Assembly: GCA_050698735.1 (NCBI GenBank)
Contig: JBOHCG010000001.1
Location: 1-55,963 of the forward strand
Origin: Streptosporangiaceae bacterium
GTDB taxonomy: Bacteria; Actinomycetota; Actinomycetes; Streptosporangiales; Streptosporangiaceae
DNA length: 55,963 nt
Direction of reading: 5' to 3'
Part shown: piece by piece, positions 46,215 through 55,963 of the stretch
Position numbering within the stretch: the stretch's first letter is position 1
Layout: every line of letters starts with the position of its first letter
Program-made: the position numbers and the translations under genes
Notes under the pieces: generated by a model
Database searches by the model: none
The model's input: the letters and a program-made list of their open reading frames with translations, nothing else
Told to the model about the DNA's origin: nothing

Positions 46215-46413
46215 CATAAGTCACGAACGATGTCATTAAGGGGCGGGAGCGGGGGGCAGGACCGAGATGGACGGCGTCCAGGCTGCGCATCGGCGCTGGC
46301 GTGACCATCCGGGCCAGTATCCGGATGCGCTGGTCCAGGTCGATCAGGTCGATCTGGACCAGCACGGCGGGCAGGCGCGAGGCCGCCTCCGACGCGGGGG
46401 CTCCCAAGCGCAT
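46215..46413 (-). pseudogene. C-terminal fragment of a PIN-domain (VapC-like) toxin
   Basis: MRSLDAVHLGPA....LMTSFVTYDKRL resembles the C-terminal lR.lDAlHLA.A......fvTyD.rl motif of VapC proteins. No N-terminal half is present. Confidence 0.3.
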
Positions 46414-46431
46414 CGTCGTCCGTGACCATGC

Positions 46432-49284
46432 CTAACCCCTGCAGGGTGGGGCATACGGCAGCTGGGAGATATACCTGCTCCACTGAGCGGGGGTGAGGGT
46501 GTTGCTCGTGGTGGCGCAGATTCGCTGGATTGCGGCGTTGACGTTGAGGTTCCACAGCCTGGCGCCGTCATCGCTTCCGGCTGCCAGGAACTTTCCATCC
46601 GGGCTGAATGCCAGCGAACTGAGTGCCCCCGGCGGGCCGGTCAAGGGCTGTGCGAGCGCCGCAGGCTGCGCCGACGGCCCGATGCTCCATAGCCAGGCAT
46701 TGTCGTCACTGCCGGCGGCGGCCAAGGTCTTGCCGTCCGGGCTGAACGCCATCGAGTTGATGCTCGTCGCTGGACCGGTCACTGCCGTGTCGGTCCGGGT
46801 AGAGTGGGCCGCGTCGGCAAGGTTCCATAGCCAGACCTTGCCGCTGTCGACTGCGGTCAGCGCCTTGCCGTCTGGACTGAACGCCAGCGACATGACCGGT
46901 CCGGCGGCGCCGTTCAGGAGCTGCGCGAGACGGGTGCGGTGGGCCGGGTTGGCCAGGTTCCACAGGGAGACCGTGCCGTCGAGGTCGCCGATGGCAAGGG
47001 TCTTACCGTCCGGGCTGAACGCCACCGAGCTGACAGCCGCGCTCAAGCTGGGCAGGATGTATCCGAGCGATGCGGGGTGGGCCGGGTTGGCCAGGTTCCA
47101 GAACCAGACCGTGCCGCCAAGGCTGCCGGCGACCAGGATCTTCCCTACCGGGCTGAACGCCACCGATTCGACAGCTAGCGCGGGACCGGTCAGCGGGGGG
47201 CCGATCCGGGTGGGCCGCGCCGGATTAGCGAGGCTCCATAGCCAGACCACATCCTGGCCGCCGGCGGCCAGGATCTTGCCGTCCGGGCTGAGCGCCAGCG
47301 AGTTGACGTTTACCGGGGGACCGGCTACGGCCTTGCCGATCCGGGCGGGGCTGGGAGCAGCGGTCAGGTTCCATACCCAGACCTTGTCGTCGTTGTCAGC
47401 CCCGACCAGGATCTTGCCGTCCGGGCTGAACACCACCGAGTTCACGCTCCCGGTGGGGCCCGCGAGGATGCCGGATGGCAAGCTCCACAGCTGCACGGTG
47501 CTACCGCTGCCGGCGGTGGCCAGGATCGTCCCGTCGGGGCTGAACGCTACCGAGTTGATGCTGGCTGCGGTGGGCACTGGCTTACCGAGCGGGGTTGGGC
47601 TCTGCGGATTGGCCAGGTTCCACAGCCATACGTTGTCATCGCTGCTGGCGGCAAGGACCTTCCCGTCCGGGCTGAATGCGACCGATTCGACCGGGGCCGT
47701 GGGTCCGGTCAGGGGACGGCCGAGCCGGATAGGGCGTGCCGGGTCGGCCGTATTCCAGAGCCAGACGCTCTCGTCGGTGCCGTCGGCCAAGACCTTCCCG
47801 TCGGGGCTGAATGCCACCGAGTTGATCGAGACCGTGGGGCCGGTGAGCAGTTTGCCGAGCACAACGGGGCGGGCCGGGTCGGCCAGGTCCCACAGCCAGT
47901 TCCGGCCCTGGAAATCGCCTGTCGCCAGGACCTTCCCACTCGGGCTGAAAGCCAGCGAGTTGATGGAATCGGTGGAGTCAGCCAGGGGATGGCCGAGTAC
48001 GACCGGGTGCGCGGGATTGGCCAGGTTCCACAGCCAGACGTTGTTCTGGCCGTTTGCGGCCAGGATCTTCCCGTCCGCCCTGAACGCCAGTGAGGTAACG
48101 CTGTATGTCGGCCCGGTCAGCGGATGGCCGAGCAGCGTAGGATGCGCTGGCTGGTTCAGGCCCCATAGCAAGACCCCGGAGTCGCCGGCGGCGGCCAGGA
48201 TCTTCCCGTCCGGGCTGAACGCTACCGAGCTGAAATCCTCGGGACATTTCAGCGTATTGCCGGTGTCGCTCTGCGGCGAATAGCTCATGAGCAGCATGCA
48301 GGTGCCGGCCGGCGTAGTCAGTGGACGGCCGAGCAAGACGGGGCGTGCCGGGTTAGCCAGATTCCATAGCAGGAGGCCGCCGGAGTCGCCGGCAATGGCC
48401 AGGATCTTGCCGTCCGGGCTGAATGCCATGGAGTTGACGCTCGATACGGGACCGGTCAGCTGATTGGACAGCGGCGTGGCGGCTGCGTCCAGCAGCCGTG
48501 TCTCGCTGTCGGGTGTGGGGTCGAGCTGATTGGCGACGACATCGAGCTGTGCGGCAAGCGAAGTGGCTTCGGCAGGCAGTTGGCTGACCTCTACAGCGAT
48601 CTGGCTCGCGAATGCCTGGTCGCGTTGCCGGATCGCGGCATCGCGCTGGCTGATGGCCACGAGGCTGGCCGTAACAGCCAGTGCGGTGAACACGGCCAGT
48701 GCGGCTACCGCGCCACCGGCAAGACGCATCGTACGCCGGTGCTGGCGCAGATGCTCACCGACGAGCGCGTCCTTTGGCACGCCCCGGATCGGGGCCGCCA
48801 CCGCGGCGACACGGTGGGCCGGGAGCACGGGCCTGCGGCCGTCGTGCCGGGTATCGCTCAGGTCAACCCACAGTGGCTCGGCGGCGAAGGCGCCGCGCAG
48901 CGCCGCCGGTACCGGAGCATCAGCGGCCCAGTCTCGTTCCCGCGCGTCCCATGCCAAGCCCGAACCGGTGCCGACGACAAGCAGCCGATCCGGCGAACGA
49001 TGAGCCAGCCACCATTGCACCTCGCGATTCACCCATTCGGACTCAGCGGCATCCGGCGAAGCGAGCAGAATGAACCATTGCGACGATCCCAGCGCCTCCT
49101 CTATTGACGCCCACAACGCTGGATTCGCGGCAAGGTTAGCGGTATCGAGGAATATCCTTAGCGCCCGCATTTTGTGCCATGGCTTCGCGAACCGCTGAAG
49201 CTCGGTCTGCAACGTGGGCCCGAGCACAGCATCGTGCCTGTGACTGTAAGAAATGAAAGCGTCATAGCCAGATGCTGCGGTCAT
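46432..49284 (-). CDS. TIR-domain / transmembrane / WD40-repeat protein (950 aa)
   Basis: N-terminal YDAFISYSHRHD...FLDTANL...SQWFILLASPDAAESEWVNREVQWW is a TIR signature. There is one TM helix (AGGAVAALAVFTALAVTASLVAI), then about 14 blades of the (V/M)AFSPDGK.LA......VWLWNL type. Confidence 0.8.
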   Translation of the reverse strand: MTAASGYDAFISYSHRHDAVLGPTLQTELQRFAKPWHKMRALRIFLDTANLAANPALWASIEEALGSSQWFILLASPDAAESEWVNREVQWWLAHRSPDRLLVVGTGSGLAWDARERDWAADAPVPAALRGAFAAEPLWVDLSDTRHDGRRPVLPAHRVAAVAAPIRGVPKDALVGEHLRQHRRTMRLAGGAVAALAVFTALAVTASLVAISQRDAAIRQRDQAFASQIAVEVSQLPAEATSLAAQLDVVANQLDPTPDSETRLLDAAATPLSNQLTGPVSSVNSMAFSPDGKILAIAGDSGGLLLWNLANPARPVLLGRPLTTPAGTCMLLMSYSPQSDTGNTLKCPEDFSSVAFSPDGKILAAAGDSGVLLWGLNQPAHPTLLGHPLTGPTYSVTSLAFRADGKILAANGQNNVWLWNLANPAHPVVLGHPLADSTDSINSLAFSPSGKVLATGDFQGRNWLWDLADPARPVVLGKLLTGPTVSINSVAFSPDGKVLADGTDESVWLWNTADPARPIRLGRPLTGPTAPVESVAFSPDGKVLAASSDDNVWLWNLANPQSPTPLGKPVPTAASINSVAFSPDGTILATAGSGSTVQLWSLPSGILAGPTGSVNSVVFSPDGKILVGADNDDKVWVWNLTAAPSPARIGKAVAGPPVNVNSLALSPDGKILAAGGQDVVWLWSLANPARPTRIGPPLTGPALAVESVAFSPVGKILVAGSLGGTVWFWNLANPAHPASLGYILPSLSAAVSSVAFSPDGKTLAIGDLDGTVSLWNLANPAHRTRLAQLLNGAAGPVMSLAFSPDGKALTAVDSGKVWLWNLADAAHSTRTDTAVTGPATSINSMAFSPDGKTLAAAGSDDNAWLWSIGPSAQPAALAQPLTGPPGALSSLAFSPDGKFLAAGSDDGARLWNLNVNAAIQRICATTSNTLTPAQWSRYISQLPYAPPCRG

Positions 49285-49504
49285 CGTATGCCTCCACTGC
49301 TGATGCCATAGTACCGTTCAGGGCTCAGGGTCAGCAGGTGCTGTTGTGCACATTCAGCTTCCGCAACTCCACCTCACCGATCATAGCGTGACCGAATTCA
49401 CCATGGACGGATGAGCGTCATGGTCCAAGTCGGCCATCGGTCGAAGGCGCTCAGCTAGCGAATGCTAGCTGGTACCTTTCAACCTTTCCTGGTACCATGC
49501 ATCC

Positions 49505-49774
49505 ATGGCCCTGAACATCAAGGACCCAGAGACCGAACGCCTCGCGGCCGAGGTTGCCGCGTTGACCGGAACGACGAAGACCGGAGCCGTCCGGTATGCC
49601 CTGCGCCAGGTCCTCCAGGCGCAGTCGCGGCAGTCCACCCGGCAGCGCGAGGAACGCCTCACCCGGTTTCTGGAGGAGGAGATCTGGCCGCTGGTGCCGC
49701 CGGACCAGCTCGGGAAGCCGATCTCGAAGGCCGACCGCGAGGAGATCCTCGGCTTCGGCGAGCAAGGCGCATGA
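49505..49774 (+). CDS. vapB: VapB-type antitoxin (Rv0623-like)
   Basis: MALNIKDPETERLAAEVAALTGTTKTGAVRYALRQ is the typical N-terminus of this antitoxin family. Its stop overlaps the vapC ATG. Confidence 0.75.
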   Translation: MALNIKDPETERLAAEVAALTGTTKTGAVRYALRQVLQAQSRQSTRQREERLTRFLEEEIWPLVPPDQLGKPISKADREEILGFGEQGA

Positions 49775-50214
49775 TCATCGACTCCTCCGCAATCCTGGCC
49801 GTCATCGGCAAGGAGCCCGGGTACGAGCGGATTGTCCGCCAGCTCGCCGCCTCACCGGAGACCAGCATCGGCGCCCCGACCCGGCTGGAGACGGGGATCG
49901 TGCTGACGGCGCGGTTCGGGCCGCGCGGGAAGACGGCACTGGCGAGGTTCCTGCAGGAGAACGCGATCCAGACCGTGGCCTTCGATGAGGCTCACGCCAG
50001 CGCGGCGCTAGACGCCTATTCCCGGTTCGGCAAGGGCAGGCACCCGGCTGCCCTGAACTTCGGTGACTGCTGCAGCTACGCGGTCGCTTCGGTCGCGGGA
50101 GAGCCGCTGCTGTGCGTCGGAGATGACTTCGCGAGGACCGATCTGCTCCTGGTCAGCCTCAATCCCGATGAGCCGTCAGCTGCCCCCGAAGAGCCCGGCG
50201 AGCTTGGACACTGA
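49771..50214 (+). CDS. vapC: VapC PIN-domain toxin
   Basis: MIIDSSAILAV (first acidic residue), ...FDEAHA..A..AY..FGKG.HPA.LNFGDC.SYA.A......LL..GDDF..TDL. Confidence 0.8.
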   Translation: MIIDSSAILAVIGKEPGYERIVRQLAASPETSIGAPTRLETGIVLTARFGPRGKTALARFLQENAIQTVAFDEAHASAALDAYSRFGKGRHPAALNFGDCCSYAVASVAGEPLLCVGDDFARTDLLLVSLNPDEPSAAPEEPGELGH

Positions 50215-50266
50215 ATCAAGGGCTCGTCGCCGGTCTAAGGTAAACCAGGTCGGGGTCCCAGAACCA

Positions 50267-50285
50267 GTGACAAACCAAGCGACAA
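50267..50285. promoter_or_regulatory. Third copy of the arm-type repeat pair (GTGACAA / GCGACAA), orphan
   Basis: The roughly 130-bp segment 50262-50390 aligns with 45520-45648, including CTGC(A/G)GTAATCCGA. No tRNA-derived core follows it. Confidence 0.3.
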
Positions 50286-50464
50286 CGGCTCCAAACGATG
50301 ACAGACGCAGTGCGACGTAACCAGACGCCACTATCCTTCTGGGCTGCGGTAATCCGATCCAAAGCGACGTGATGAGACCAATCCTGTGCCGCCCGAATAC
50401 TCGATTGCATGACTGACCAGCGTTTTCGCCTGCGGCCTGGAGACGGTGATGGTTAGCTGGTCAG

Positions 50465-51549
50465 GTGCTGCTCACCATCGTCTACCTGCTGGTTCGCCGG
50501 GTACTCGGCCTCGCCGTCCTGGTATTCCACAGCGACCTTGCCAAGGACGCTGAACTGCTGGTGCTCCGGCACGAGAACACGGTGCTGCGGCGGCACACCG
50601 GACGGATTCGGTACGAGCCAGCCGACCGGATATGGTTCACCGCACTGGCACAGCTGATACCGCGCAGGCGCTGTGCCCAGGTCTTCCCCGTGACGCCAGC
50701 GACGTTGCTGGCCTGGCACCGCAGGCTGGCCGCCAGGAAGTACGACACGAGTAGACGACGCAAGCCCGGCCGCCCGCCGGCAGTCCGCAGCATCGCCCGC
50801 CTTGCCGTCCGCCTGGCGAACGAGAACCCGCTATGGGGCTACCGGCGGATCCACGGCGAGCTGACCAAGCTCGGCGTCACGATCGCGCGTCCACCATCTA
50901 TGAGATCCTGCGAGCCGCGGGCATTGATCCGGCGCCGCGCCGCACAGGCCCGACCTGGCGCCAGTTCCCGCACGCCCAGGCCGTCGGGACCCTCGCAGTC
51001 GACTTCCTGCACGTGGATACCGTGCTGCTGAAGAGGCTGTACGTCCTGGTATTCATCGAGCACGGCACCCGCCGGATGCACCTGGGCGGCGTCACCGCGC
51101 ATCCCACCGGGGAGTGGACCGTGCAGCAGGCCCGAAACCTCGCCCTCACCCTCGGTGAACGGTCCGGGAGTTTCCGGTTCCTGATCCGTGACCGCGGATC
51201 AAACTTCACCCAGTCCTTCGACGCCGTCTTCCAGGCCACGGGCAGCAGGATCCTGCGGAGCGCTGTCCAGGCTCCGCGAATGAACGCGACCTGCGAACGC
51301 CTCGTCGGCACCTTGCGCCGCGAGCTCCTCGACCGCACGCTGATCCTCGGCGAGGCCCACCTGCGCGCTGTCTTGACCAGATACCAGGCGCACTACAACG
51401 GCGCCCGGCCGCATCAGGGCATCGCCCAGCGCGTCCCCGATCCCGGACGCGACACTCCCCCGCCCGCCGTGACCGACCTGGACATCGGGAGGATCCGCCG
51501 AAAACCCGTCCTCAACGGCCTGATCAACGAATACACACACGCCGCTTGA
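50465..51549 (+). pseudogene. rve (integrase-core, DDE) transposase, frameshifted
   Basis: ORF 50465-51031 (HTH part, ...NPLWGYRRIHGELTKLGVTIA) and ORF 50833-51549 (rve core ...VDFLHVDTVLLKRLYVLVFIEHGTRRMHL...FLIRDRGSNF...YNGARPHQG) join only with a frameshift near 50880-50900. Confidence 0.7.
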
Positions 51550-51635
51550 GATCGGGACGAGCCGCAGGTCACCGGCCTAATCGTATTTTCGAGCGGGACC
51601 GGTGTAGGGGTGCCGGTAACAACCGGGTCGCGGGA

Positions 51636-53339
51636 CTATCCGGGGTCCCGGGCCGTCACGATCGCGATCTCGCTGCGCAGCTGGCCTGATGCCGGGATGA
51701 GCCTGCCGCGCGATGCGTGCACCATGCTCATCGAGTCCTCAACCGTCACGAACTGATCGCCAGTCGCCTGCACATCGCGCTCGGTGCGGCCGAGGCACGG
51801 CAGCAGCAGCGCCTCCTTGCCGTGGTACAGGTGCGAACGGTTCAGCTTGGTGGCGACGTGGACGGTCAGCGCGCAGTTCGCCATCGCGGCTGCGGTGACG
51901 TCGGTGTCGGGCGTCGCGGCGACGAAGTTGCCGCCGAGCGCGAAGAACACGCGTACCTTTCCGTCGCGCATGGCGCGGATCGAGTCGACCGTCCCCCAGC
52001 CGTGCTCGCGAGGCGGACTGAAGCCGAACTCGGCGTTCAGCTTGTCCAGGAACGCGTCAGGCATCTTCTCCCAGATGCCCATCGTCCGGTCGCCCTGGAC
52101 GTTGCTGTGTCCGCGGATGGGCGATGGCCCGGCGCCGGGACGGCCGATGTTCCCGCGCAGCAGCAGGAAGTTGACGATCTCCCGGATCGTGGCGACCGCG
52201 TTGCGGTGCTGGGTGAGTCCCATTGCCCAGCAGACGATCACGCTGTGCGCGGAGATCACATCCGACGCGCACTCCTCGATCTGGGCACGGGCCAGGCCGC
52301 AATGCTCCTCGATCGTGGCCCAGTCCAGGGCGCGCCAGCCTGCGACCGCCGCCTCGAAGCCGTCGCAGTACTTATCGATGAAGTCGCGATCGAAGACCTG
52401 GCCAGGCTGGGCGTCCTCCTCCTCAAGCAGGGCCCGGTTCAGCCCGCTGAACAGGGCGAGGTCACCATTGACGCGGATCGGCAGCAGCCGGTCGGCGAGC
52501 GTCGTGCCAGGCCCAACCAGACCGCGGTGAGTCTGCGGGTTACGGAATCGGGTAAAGCCGGCCTCTGACAGCGGGTTGATCACGACGATCCGCGCCCCGC
52601 GCCGCTTGGCTTTCTCCAGCGCCGTCAGCATCCGCGGGTGGTTCGTGCCCGGGTTCTGGCTGGCTATGAGGATCAGCTCAGCATGATCTTCGATGTCGGC
52701 CAGCGTGACCACGCCCTTACCGACGCCGATCGTCGCGACCAGGGCAGCGCCGCTGGACTCGTGACACATGTTCGAGCAGTCCGGCAGGTTGTTCGCGCCG
52801 AGTCGCCGGGCCAGCAGCTGGTAGGCGAACGAGCCTCGTTGCTAGCCCGGCCGCTGGTGTAGCACACGGCCTGGTTCGGATCGTCCAGCACGCGCAGCCG
52901 GTCCGCTGTTAGCTTGAGCGCGTCGTCCGATCCGATCGGGACATAGTGCGCCGCGCCCGGCGCCAGGTACATGGGCTCGATAAGCCGCCCCTTGTGCTCG
53001 AGCCAGTGGTCGTCCTGCTCACGCAGATCGGCCACCGAATGAGCGGCGAAGAACGCCGCGTCGACGCGCTTGCGGGTGGCCTCCCACGCGACGGCCTTGG
53101 CTCCGTTCTCGCAGAACTCCGCTGTCTTTGCGGTGCGCTGGGTCCGGGCCGGGCCAGGCGCAGCTAGGGCAGTCGAAGCCGTGGTCCTGATTCAGCTTCA
53201 GCAGCGCCCGCAAACTGCGGCCTGGCCCCATCTCCTCGAGTGCGTACTGCATCGAGTGCGTGATACCAGGGATACCGGCCGAAGACGTCTTCGGCGCGCC
53301 GACCCGGACCTGCTCGCCGCGTGCTGACTCATCGGCCAT
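51636..53339 (-). pseudogene. FdhF/YdeP-family molybdopterin oxidoreductase, at least 2 frameshifts and 3'-truncated
   Basis: Three ORFs in different frames: 53019-53339 (FDCPSCAWPGP), 52673-53035 (...CYTSGRASNEA) and 51636-52769 (MCHESSG...LIASQNPGTNHPR...GHSNVQG). The C-terminal molybdopterin-binding domain is absent, and the gene ends beside the transposase. Confidence 0.7.
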
Positions 53340-53359
53340 GGCTACTCCTCAGACTGCTC

Positions 53360-53962
53360 CTAGACCTTCCAGTGGTACCCGAGTGAGAAGTCGACCGCGA
53401 CGGCATAGGCCAGGTACATCAGCCAGCAGCCGGTGGCGAGATGGAACAGGCCGAGCGCCCGCTCGCCCAGCCGAACGCCGATCGCGGCGAAGAAGTCGCT
53501 GAAGTAGATCGCGAACAGGCCCAGGAACAGCAGCCCGACCGGCCAGTCCGACACCTTGAAGAACACGGTGGCGCCCATCGCTGAGACCGTCATGAACGCT
53601 ACACACATGCCCGCGTTCGTCCGCGGGTCGTTGCCGCGGTACCGGTTCCAGCCGAGCGCGAACCAATGGATGCCGTACGCGGAGAACGCGAGCGCGGCCA
53701 TGTACAACGGCGCCGACTTGCTGAACACCTGGAACCAGCTCAGCCCCACGAACAGGATCATGCCGGCTACGAACTGGCAGAATCCCGGCAGCCAGATGCC
53801 CCACACCCCGGTGGCGCGATCGACCCTGCCTTCCTCGTCTCGCTTGGGCCAGCCCGCCAACTCCTGCGGCCCGTAGATCAGGTAACCGGTGCCCAGCCCG
53901 AAGAAACCGAGGGCGAGCGGGGGGAAAGCAGACTGCGCAAACGTCACATCCATGCCATACAC
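53360..53962 (-). CDS. Six-TM membrane channel protein (AmiS/UreI-like or GPR1/YaaH-like)
   Basis: About 200 aa and strongly hydrophobic. AFSAYGIHWFALGWNRY loosely resembles the UreI/AmiS FGLDWRPY region. The family assignment is tentative. Confidence 0.4.
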   Translation of the reverse strand: MYGMDVTFAQSAFPPLALGFFGLGTGYLIYGPQELAGWPKRDEEGRVDRATGVWGIWLPGFCQFVAGMILFVGLSWFQVFSKSAPLYMAALAFSAYGIHWFALGWNRYRGNDPRTNAGMCVAFMTVSAMGATVFFKVSDWPVGLLFLGLFAIYFSDFFAAIGVRLGERALGLFHLATGCWLMYLAYAVAVDFSLGYHWKV

Positions 53963-54129
53963 CTCACAACGAGATCCGGTTGTTCACGATGCAAAGCCCA
54001 GCGATCGCGGTACGTGATCCCGCTGCCGCTGACTGACCATTCGTGGCTGCTCGGCGAACCGCTCAACCCTATCGAACTACGATATACCAATACTGCTTAA
54101 CGAAAAGCTCGCCTATACAGGCCAGCGAG

Positions 54130-55443
54130 CACTGCCCTTAACTTTCTGGACTTTTGGGGCTTGTGTCCCATTCGATCTGCCATCTTTCGGCGTACAGGGC
54201 GGCGATGTCGCGGGCGGGGTACGCCTCGTGGTCCAGGAGCGTGGTCAGGACCTTGATGGTCGTGGTCTTGGTCTTCCCGCTGCGGGTGCGGGATGTGATG
54301 GCGAAGCTGACCAGCCGGGCGACGGTGTCCGGGAGCCGGGGGGCGGCCGGGTCGCCGGTGTCGCGGCGGCGTCTTGCCCGCATGCCGTCCGATTCGCGGA
54401 GCATGACCAGCTCGGATGCGTCGGGCAGGGCGCGGATTGTCTTGAACGGGACGGATTTCGCGCCGTTCTTGACCCGCCAGGCCAGGTGCGCGCCGCCGGC
54501 GGAGAACCGGATCCAGCGGTCCATGGAGAAGAACCCGCGGTCGGCCAGGTTGATCATCCCGGGCCTGAACGAGGAGACCAGCTCGTCTGCCAGGGGGTTC
54601 TCGCCGTCGAGGTAGCCGCCGGCGGAGCCGGCGATCCAGCGGCGCGAGTAACAGCGGACGTGCGCCGCGATCCGCAGCTTCGGCTTGGTGCCGCCTTCGG
54701 GCACCCCGAACGCGGCGGCGAGCACCTCGTTCGCGAATACCTCGGCGGTGGTGCCGTCGAGCGCGGTGACCTCCATGCCCTTCCACAGGGTCCCGATCCC
54801 GAGCCCGGCGTCGGTGCGGGCGGCGTCCAGCTCGAAGATCTGCTTCATGACCTGCTCGCCGAGCAGCGCCCGGGCTTTCGACAGCGCCGGGCCGGTCGGC
54901 ACCGTCGTGCCGGGCTTGAGGTGCAGGCCGGGCAGGCCGAATGCCGTGGCCAGCACGCCGTCATAGCCCTGGCCGGGGAACAGGCAGCCGACGATGACGC
55001 TGATCACGGTCATCCTGGCGTTCAGCACGGAGTCGTAGGCGTGCCCGTGCGGCGCTTCCTGCAGCGCCCGGCTGATCACGTCATCAGCCAGGAGCTCTTC
55101 CAGCAGGCTCGCCCGGTCCAGCTCTTCGAGCCAGTCCAGCCACAGGCCAGGCCCGGACAGCACCCGGGCCGCCAGGCCCGCGGGCCGAACAGCAGCACCA
55201 TCACCGGCCGCAGCCGGCGCCGGCGAGATGGACGACGGCGTGACAATCATGGCAAACTGGGCGGACAACAAAGCTCCAGGTGGACGGTTTGGCGTGAATA
55301 ACCCCGTCCTACCGGGAGCCTTGTTGCATTCCAGGGACTGCCACGCCCCATCACGCCACCGTGATCAACACGCCCCCAGACCGTTACCAATCACCAGAAA
55401 ACCGGACGCTCACGCCTAAAACACTGGAAAGTTAAGGGCAGTG
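54130..55443 (-). mobile_element. Complete IS4-family insertion sequence (1314 bp) with 17-bp perfect terminal inverted repeats and a 10-bp target duplication
   Basis: IRs are CACTGCCCTTAACTTTC at 54130-54146 and its reverse complement at 55427-55443. The flanking direct repeat GGCCAGCGAG is at 54120-54129 and 55444-55453. Confidence 0.85.
54138..55271 (-). CDS. IS4-family DDE transposase
   Basis: 377 aa. ...LDGTTAEV...INLADRGFFS...YAERWQIE. The stop lies inside the left IR. Confidence 0.8.
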   Translation of the reverse strand: MLSAQFAMIVTPSSISPAPAAAGDGAAVRPAGLAARVLSGPGLWLDWLEELDRASLLEELLADDVISRALQEAPHGHAYDSVLNARMTVISVIVGCLFPGQGYDGVLATAFGLPGLHLKPGTTVPTGPALSKARALLGEQVMKQIFELDAARTDAGLGIGTLWKGMEVTALDGTTAEVFANEVLAAAFGVPEGGTKPKLRIAAHVRCYSRRWIAGSAGGYLDGENPLADELVSSFRPGMINLADRGFFSMDRWIRFSAGGAHLAWRVKNGAKSVPFKTIRALPDASELVMLRESDGMRARRRRDTGDPAAPRLPDTVARLVSFAITSRTRSGKTKTTTIKVLTTLLDHEAYPARDIAALYAERWQIEWDTSPKSPES

Positions 55444-55599
55444 GGCCAGCGAGTTGTAGCGCGGTGTCCGTGGCTCGCAGCCGAGGCCGGACAGCGAGCG
55501 TCGCCGTCAGCGCGCCGCGCCAGGCAGATGGAGCTCGCCTGGCGGACGACACGGCTCGGGCCGAGCGGGCGTTTCCGCTGGCATCGATCCGCTGCGACG

Positions 55600-55790
55600 C
55601 TCCCGGCGCGCATGTATGCCTACATGCTGGGCGGAACGCATAACTCCAGGGAGATCGGGGCCCCGCGACGAGGCGGCACGGATCGTGGCCGGCCTGCCCC
55701 CAGCCGGTTACGGAGTCCCTCGCCAGGCGGGCTTGATCACAGTCGGTCCAAGCATTCAGGCATTACCGGCGACACTCACCTAAGGGTCAC
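55600..55790 (+). pseudogene. Fragment of a SAM-dependent methyltransferase (Methyltransf_19-like), frameshifted
   Basis: ARMYAYMLGGTHNSRE resembles the conserved N-terminal aRvYDYlLGGkdNf motif. It continues in another frame (DEAARIVAGLP). Confidence 0.3.
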
Positions 55791-55862
55791 GTCGGACATT
55801 ACTTGACGGCCATCTCCTGTAGCTGCAAGATTTCGGGGCACCCCCAGCGGACAGGAGAATAA

Positions 55863-55963
55863 GTGGCCGCCGAGCGGAAGCCGCTCACACTTGAGGACAG
55901 GGAAGATATTTCCCGCGGACTGGCGAAAATCTGCCGAACAAGGACATTGCGCAGTCGATTAAC
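55863..55963 (+). other. Possible 5' end of an IS30-like transposase gene (runs off the window)
   Basis: GTG...AAERKPLTLEDREDISRGLA resembles the IS30 N-terminal HTH region. The reading frame after ISRGLAK looks shifted. Too short to be sure. Confidence 0.2.

Noticed and set aside
46493-48283. A 596-aa plus-strand ORF, and the strikingly periodic DNA at 46.5-48.4 kb, considered as a possible repeat array or CRISPR.
   Set aside because: The periodicity is about 130 bp and corresponds to the WD40 blades of the minus-strand gene. There are no short identical repeats with unique spacers. The plus-strand ORF is an antisense shadow.
54228-55301. A 357-aa plus-strand ORF inside the IS4 element.
   Set aside because: It is antisense to the transposase gene, which carries the DDE-type motifs. 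Its translation is Gly/Arg/Pro-rich with no signature.

Overview
This is high-GC actinomycete-type DNA, and almost all of it is accessory: a mosaic island built by repeated integration at the 3' end of a tRNA-Thr(GGU) gene. No intact tRNA, rRNA or CRISPR array was found.

Layout:
- 1-10896: right part of an ICE-like element. It carries a type IV coupling protein, a Prim-Pol, small conserved genes, an Xis-like HTH, a lower-GC cargo of three paralogous secreted proteins plus a Crp/Fnr regulator, and a tyrosine integrase. It ends at a 44-bp tRNA-derived att core.
- 10897-45692: a second unit with no integrase, closed by an identical 44-bp core. It holds:
  - a large 2OG-oxygenase-domain protein;
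  - a decayed AbiE toxin-antitoxin pair;
  - a broken small-molecule gene cluster (16.6-26.4 kb) with an adenylating enzyme, carrier protein, aminotransferase, BtpA/SgcQ, mutarotase, LLM/F420 oxidoreductase, TauD dioxygenase, S51 peptidase, GNAT and a SIS protein;
  - a 5'-truncated second copy of the conjugation/replication backbone (26.4-30.0 kb);
  - two copies of an unknown three-gene module;
  - between those copies, a lower-GC island whose core is a radical SAM/SPASM RiPP system.
- 45693-55963: TIR-WD40 protein, VapBC, IS elements and pseudogenes.

The most interesting candidate is the RiPP system. It has a 68-aa precursor ending in WPQGWGQGWGQY..., an Fe(II)/2OG oxygenase, a GT9-like glycosyltransferase and several unknown genes.

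Limits: all calls come from reading the ORF translations and the DNA by eye. No database search was run, and GC differences are visual estimates.
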